Source of the DNA: Candidatus Woesearchaeota archaeon
Lineage (GTDB): Archaea > Nanobdellota > Nanobdellia > Pacearchaeales > GW2011-AR1
Direction: 5' to 3'
DNA length: 64,000 nt
NCBI GenBank assembly: GCA_964566405.1
Contig: CAZMIN010000001.1
Span: 1,755 to 65,754, forward strand
Of this stretch, positions 59,722 to 64,000 are shown piece by piece. The notes under the pieces are model-generated. The model had not been told where the DNA came from. It searched no databases and saw nothing but the letters and a program-made list of their open reading frames with translations. Made by a program: the position numbers and the translations under genes. How positions within the stretch are numbered: position 1 is the stretch's first letter; the number at the start of each line of letters is the position of its first letter.

Positions 59722-59949
59722 TTATCTCTTTTTCTTAGTTTTTACCAACGCTTTTTTAATGGCGTCTAAATCCTCAATAACCTTATCTATTTTTTTATTT
59801 CTATTCCTGTTTATGATAGCATTAATAACATTAAAAATAATATAGAATATAATAAACCACCCTGCAGCCTGGAGTACTGTGATTAAAAATTCAAGCTTGC
59901 CAACTAATTCTTGAGGGATTGTATTCGCCAAACTTTCAAGCATAAACAT
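59722..59949 (-). CDS. Small membrane protein
   Basis: Single TM plus basic tail. Confidence 0.65.
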   Translation of the reverse strand: MFMLESLANTIPQELVGKLEFLITVLQAAGWFIIFYIIFNVINAIINRNRNKKIDKVIEDLDAIKKALVKTKKKR

Positions 59950-59999
59950 AACAGGAGAATCAAAAGAAAGTTTTTAAAGCATTCTTTTTTACTAGTCTT

Positions 60000-60143
60000 G
60001 TCTCTGTAGCTCAGGGTTTAGAGCGCTGCTCTCATGGGTGTGAATTTTAATTTGCGCACATTGACGGAATCTCTGATTCCCGTCTATGAGTTGAAATCTG
60101 CTGAGAAAGGCAGAGGTCGGGGGTTAAAATCCCCCCAGAGACA
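60000..60143 (+). tRNA. tRNA with CAT anticodon (elongator Met, or Ile2), 71-nt intron at 60037-60107
   Basis: Acceptor GTCTCTG/CAGAGAC; CTGCT-CTCATG|intron|A-GGCAG; BHB helix CTCA/TGAG; G1-C72 argues against initiator. Confidence 0.9.
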
Positions 60144-60202
60144 TTTCTTTTATCTCGTTCCACCATAACAATCTTTTTTAACCCATAAAAAATTAAAAAT
60201 AA

Positions 60203-60583
60203 ATGATTGACTGGTTAGAAAAAAACAGGGGAATATCAATACTCTTAGCAGCATTAATCGCTATAGAAATCTTTGTTTTCTCTTCCCTCCCAGGAGGTCC
60301 CTCGGGAATAGGGGGTGGGATGAAAATCTCTATAATATATCACCTCATAGTATTCTTCTTGTTCGGTTTTTTTTTCTTAATGTCCATAAAAGGTGATAAA
60401 GAAATTAAAACAGGTTATATAGTAACAACCTTAATCATATCAGTACTCTATGCTTTCCTTGATGAATTTCACCAAACCTTTGTACCTTTCAGAAATCCTT
60501 CGATACAAGACATATTAACAGACACTGCCGGAATATTTTTGTCAACAATATTGATCCTATATCTTAACAAGAAGAAATTTTAA
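60203..60583 (+). CDS. VanZ-family membrane protein
   Basis: H...F, YAFLDEFHQTFVPFR..SIQD...D..G. Confidence 0.88.
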   Translation: MIDWLEKNRGISILLAALIAIEIFVFSSLPGGPSGIGGGMKISIIYHLIVFFLFGFFFLMSIKGDKEIKTGYIVTTLIISVLYAFLDEFHQTFVPFRNPSIQDILTDTAGIFLSTILILYLNKKKF

Positions 60584-60927
60584 ACTAATGTTTTAATCCC
60601 ATCACCATCTTTTCTAGGAATTATATGAAAGTGTATGTGTTTTACAACTTGATCTGCAGATTCAAAATTATTATTTATAACATTAAAACCACTGGCATTT
60701 TTTTCTTTCATTAACTTAATAGCTGTATTCTTAATGCAATCCAAAAGTTCAGAACCTAATGAAGAATCGAAATCTAATATGTTTTCAAAATGTTTTTTTG
60801 AAATTACTAGGCTGTGTCCATCAACAATAGGGGTTCTATCTGCGACTGAAAAAAAATTCTCGTTTTCATAAATTTTATTAGAAGGAACATCCCCTTTGGT
60901 TATCTTACAAAATATACAGTCTTTCAT
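60580..60927 (-). CDS. HIT family hydrolase
   Basis: DCIFCKI, GHSLVI, HIHFHIIPR. Confidence 0.93.
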   Translation of the reverse strand: MKDCIFCKITKGDVPSNKIYENENFFSVADRTPIVDGHSLVISKKHFENILDFDSSLGSELLDCIKNTAIKLMKEKNASGFNVINNNFESADQVVKHIHFHIIPRKDGDGIKTLV

Positions 60928-60991
60928 TCTCTATTTTTAGAAACCAAAGGTTAAAAATTATAAAAGAAATAAAACAAATTAAATTTCAAAC

Positions 60992-61186
60992 CTACCTTTT
61001 CTTCTTTCTAGCTGACTTCTTAGCTGACTTCTTAGCTGAAGCTTTTCTCTTCACTACCTTTCTTGCAGATTTCCTAGCTGACTTCTTAGCTGAAGCTTTT
61101 CTTGTTGCTGTTTTTCTAGCTGACTTCCTAGATGATTTTCTAGCAGCAGTAGCCTTTTTTGTCTTCTTAACTTTTTTTCTAGCCAT
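60992..61186 (-). CDS. 64-aa highly basic histone H1-like/protamine-like protein
   Basis: MARKKVKK... built from KSARK/KASAK repeats; GGGGTGA SD supports ATG 61186. Confidence 0.75.
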   Translation of the reverse strand: MARKKVKKTKKATAARKSSRKSARKTATRKASAKKSARKSARKVVKRKASAKKSAKKSARKKKR

Positions 61187-61305
61187 TTTTTTCACCCCTA
61201 ATTTTTAATTACATATATGAAGAATTAATTATTTAAAAAACTTTGCTTAGCAAAAATTTTACCTAAAAATCATGATTTTTCATTTTACCAACGATAAAAA
61301 AAGAA

Positions 61306-62952
61306 TTAACGAATTAATTTTCCTGCTTTTTCGAATTCTGTAGTTCCTCCAATTAAATCCCTTAAAATATTTCTAAGTTCTGAAATTTTTACCCTAATTT
61401 GTTTTTTTGTATCCCTATTTCTAATCGTAACATTTTTCTTTTTTATACTCTCTTCATCAATTGTTATACAAAAAGGTGTTCCTATCTCATCATTTCTAGC
61501 ATATCTTCTCCCAATGCTTCCAGACCTATCATGAATAACATTCCATTCTTGTTTTAAATCAGCAACGACCTCTTCAGAAATCTGTTCAAACTTCTCTTTT
61601 TTCACAATAGGAAAAACTGCTGCTTTTATCGGAGCAAGTTTTGGATGTAATTTCAGGACAACATTTTCTCTTTCAGCATCATAAAAATAAGAATCAAACA
61701 TAAATACGAGGAAAGCTCTTTCCACACCCAAGCTCGGTTCACAAATCACAACAGGAGAAATTTTTTCTTTTGTTTTTTCATCAAAAAGCTTCAGATCTTT
61801 TCCAGAGGATTTTTCATGTTGATTCAGATCATAATTTCCTCTGTCTGCGATTCCTTCCAATTCTTTCCATCCAAAAGGAAATTTATATTCCAGATCCCAA
61901 GTGTCTGAAGAATAATGTGAAATTTCTTCTGAAAGATGTTGTCTTATTCTTAAGTTATCTGGGTTCGCCCCTAATTTTTTAAACCACAAAAATTCCATAG
62001 CAAGCCAATATGCGTGCCAGTCTTTCCTTATTATTCCTTGTTTCAAAGCATCTTTTATCTTCATTTCTACAGGTTCTTTTCCAGATTTTTGTGCTTCTGC
62101 AGAATAAACAAGAACTTTTTCATTTGGAATCTTGTAAGGACAGGACTCGTTTTTCCTTATGAAATATTCTATCTCCATCTGTTCAAATTCCCTGCTTCTG
62201 AACAAAAAATCCCTCGGAGCAATTTCATTTCTAAAGGCTTTTCCTACCTGGGCAATACCAAACGGAAGGCTCATCCTAGCATTATCCTGGACAGACTTGA
62301 AATTAGTAAAAATCAATTGTGCGGTCTCTGGTCTAAGATAAGCTTTTACAGAGTCGCTAACAACAGGTCCCACATTTGTGGTGAACATGGGATTGAACTC
62401 ATCCTTAACTTCATAGCCGGGATTTTTTGAATATTTCTCAGCTTCAAACTTATCTACCTTAAATTTTTCCTTGGTTTTTTTGTTCATAACTTCAACGTCG
62501 ACAAAGCTATCCAGATGTCCAGAAGCCTTCCATACCTGTGGATGGGTAATTATAGAACCATCAATCCCTACAATGTCTTCTCTCTGCCTCACATGGAAAT
62601 CCCACCAAGCGTTTTTTATATTATTTTTTAGCTCTACACCTAAATGTCCGAAATCCCAGAAACCAGCCAAACCACCATAGATATCCCCTGACTGGTAAAC
62701 AAAACCCTTTCTCTTACAAAAGACAGCCAAATCTTCTATAGACAACCTCTTAGGCTGTTCTTTAGCCTTAGAAACAATTCTCTTAACCTCTTTAGGCTTA
62801 TGGAGAATAGCCTTAGCCCTCTGCTCAGCCCCTCTCCTAGTCTTTCCAAGATATGCAAGGGTCTTTGTCTTTACTTTTCCATCTACCCTCTTGTTCTCAT
62901 TTAGATAATAATATTCTCTGTTGTGAATCTTTTTCTTAACGATAAATGCCAT
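61306..62952 (-). CDS. glyS: Glycyl-tRNA synthetase (alpha2 type) with extra N-terminal basic domain
   Basis: KRKGF, YLRPETAQ, GKAFRNEI.PR.F.FRSREFEQME, EPSLGVER, GSIGRRYARNDEIGTP. Confidence 0.95.
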   Translation of the reverse strand: MAFIVKKKIHNREYYYLNENKRVDGKVKTKTLAYLGKTRRGAEQRAKAILHKPKEVKRIVSKAKEQPKRLSIEDLAVFCKRKGFVYQSGDIYGGLAGFWDFGHLGVELKNNIKNAWWDFHVRQREDIVGIDGSIITHPQVWKASGHLDSFVDVEVMNKKTKEKFKVDKFEAEKYSKNPGYEVKDEFNPMFTTNVGPVVSDSVKAYLRPETAQLIFTNFKSVQDNARMSLPFGIAQVGKAFRNEIAPRDFLFRSREFEQMEIEYFIRKNESCPYKIPNEKVLVYSAEAQKSGKEPVEMKIKDALKQGIIRKDWHAYWLAMEFLWFKKLGANPDNLRIRQHLSEEISHYSSDTWDLEYKFPFGWKELEGIADRGNYDLNQHEKSSGKDLKLFDEKTKEKISPVVICEPSLGVERAFLVFMFDSYFYDAERENVVLKLHPKLAPIKAAVFPIVKKEKFEQISEEVVADLKQEWNVIHDRSGSIGRRYARNDEIGTPFCITIDEESIKKKNVTIRNRDTKKQIRVKISELRNILRDLIGGTTEFEKAGKLIR

Positions 62953-62961
62953 TTTATTTAT

Positions 62962-63004
62962 TAGGCACTACAGAGAACTATTTAAATGTTTAGTAGGCAC
63001 TACA
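62962..63004 (-). promoter_or_regulatory. glyS promoter: TATA box bracketed by two identical 11-bp direct repeats
   Basis: TAGGCACTACA at 62962-62972 and 62994-63004; TTTAAATA (minus strand) at 62979-62986. Confidence 0.75.
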
Positions 63005-63007
63005 CCC

Positions 63008-64000
63008 CTATTTCTTAATAAGACTTCCCAGTGTCTTTCCACTCTTCCTCATTCTCCTGGCAACAAAGAGTACAACTGCCAAGGCGAGAACAACCACGAG
63101 AAGAATCACTACACTTCCTGCACCTATTCCACCGAAGATTGCGAATCCAATAGGTGCTCCTATCAAAACTTTTTCTTGGACAGAACTTGAATAAATCAGT
63201 GAGTCATAATTTACATTAAGAGTTAATTCACTCTCTAATGTCTCGTTCGTAGTTTCGTTAATAGGTAAAAGAGTTTCATTGATATTTATGTTTGTTCTGA
63301 ATTCTTTGAAGGAATTTGCATTAATACTTTGATTCACTTGTACCATTCCAACCTCTACTTCATTTGCACCAACCAAGGAAAATACAAACTCTACATTCTG
63401 GTTATTTCCTGCGAGCTCTTCCAAAGAATATATTACCCTTACCCTATCATCTCTCGTCCTCTGTACATCTATTAGTTCAAATTCTAATTTCTTTTCCACG
63501 ACATCAACAACAAACATTGTAGACGAAGATCTCTGAGAACAAGTTACCATTGCTGTCAATGAATGCTGTCCTTCCTCTGTATTCTCTGGTATGCTTATAT
63601 CAAAAACAAATTCTTCTTCTTGTCCTGGATTTAAGCTCTTTTCTCCATTCTCGTGTGTTACCAACGAAGAAGAATCTACAATTCCAAACGTACAGGAAGT
63701 AAGTGCGGTTTCTCCGTCGTTTCTAAAAGACAATGTAATTTGTTTTGTCTGATTTGGATTAATAACTTGGTCTGAAATATCTGTAACAGTCAACCTTGTT
63801 ACAAGGGTTGGAGCTGGTGGACTTAAATCAATTATCACTTCCCCTGATTCTTCCCCTTCTTCACCTTCACCATCATCAGCAAACCATTCTACACAAATAC
63901 CATCTTCACTACATTCATAAGCAGAATCACACTGAGCGTCAGACGAACATTCTAATTCATTACAAACATCACCGTACCAAAATCCACTTCCAACACCAAC
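63008..64000 (-). CDS. Cell-surface protein (Cys-rich segment, Ig-like/CARDB-like domains, C-terminal TM), 5' end outside the window
   Basis: Frame stays open from 64000 (VGVGSGFWYGDVCNELECSSDAQC...); C-terminal TM with basic tail. Confidence 0.75.
   Translation of the reverse strand, partial: VGVGSGFWYGDVCNELECSSDAQCDSAYECSEDGICVEWFADDGEGEEGEESGEVIIDLSPPAPTLVTRLTVTDISDQVINPNQTKQITLSFRNDGETALTSCTFGIVDSSSLVTHENGEKSLNPGQEEEFVFDISIPENTEEGQHSLTAMVTCSQRSSSTMFVVDVVEKKLEFELIDVQRTRDDRVRVIYSLEELAGNNQNVEFVFSLVGANEVEVGMVQVNQSINANSFKEFRTNININETLLPINETTNETLESELTLNVNYDSLIYSSSVQEKVLIGAPIGFAIFGGIGAGSVVILLVVVLALAVVLFVARRMRKSGKTLGSLIKK

Overview
AT-rich, gene-dense chromosomal segment of a reduced-genome archaeon. 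Evidence for Archaea: aRF1, TBP, TFE, MCM, L15e, S17e, aIF-1A, aIF-2beta, GatD/GatE, EndA, deoxyhypusine synthase. The compact proteins, absence of biosynthetic genes and bacterial-type LeuRS/MetRS/AlaRS/MnmA suggest a DPANN (Pacearchaeota-like) lineage, which is inference. Translation genes dominate: eight aminoacyl-tRNA synthetases, GatDE and four tRNAs, one with a 71-nt BHB intron. Replication and division genes are also present (mcm-RPA, ligase, ftsZ, minD). No CRISPR array, transposase or integrase was seen. Most notable observations: (1) GlyRS carries an N-terminal putative DNA-binding domain, and its promoter TATA box is bracketed by two identical 11-bp direct repeats, suggesting an autoregulating synthetase. 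(2) An operon of three paralogous small proteins starting MP(L/F/P)(C/S)GF lies behind a perfect 14-bp palindrome, divergent from a TrmB regulator; the first of the three is absent from the ORF track. (3) A frameshifted Ser/Thr kinase with glycine-zipper membrane hairpins is flanked by a 13-bp direct repeat. (4) A shared AAAATCTATATC upstream motif links three hypothetical loci, one next to minD. Several short genes missing from the ORF track were read directly from the sequence.
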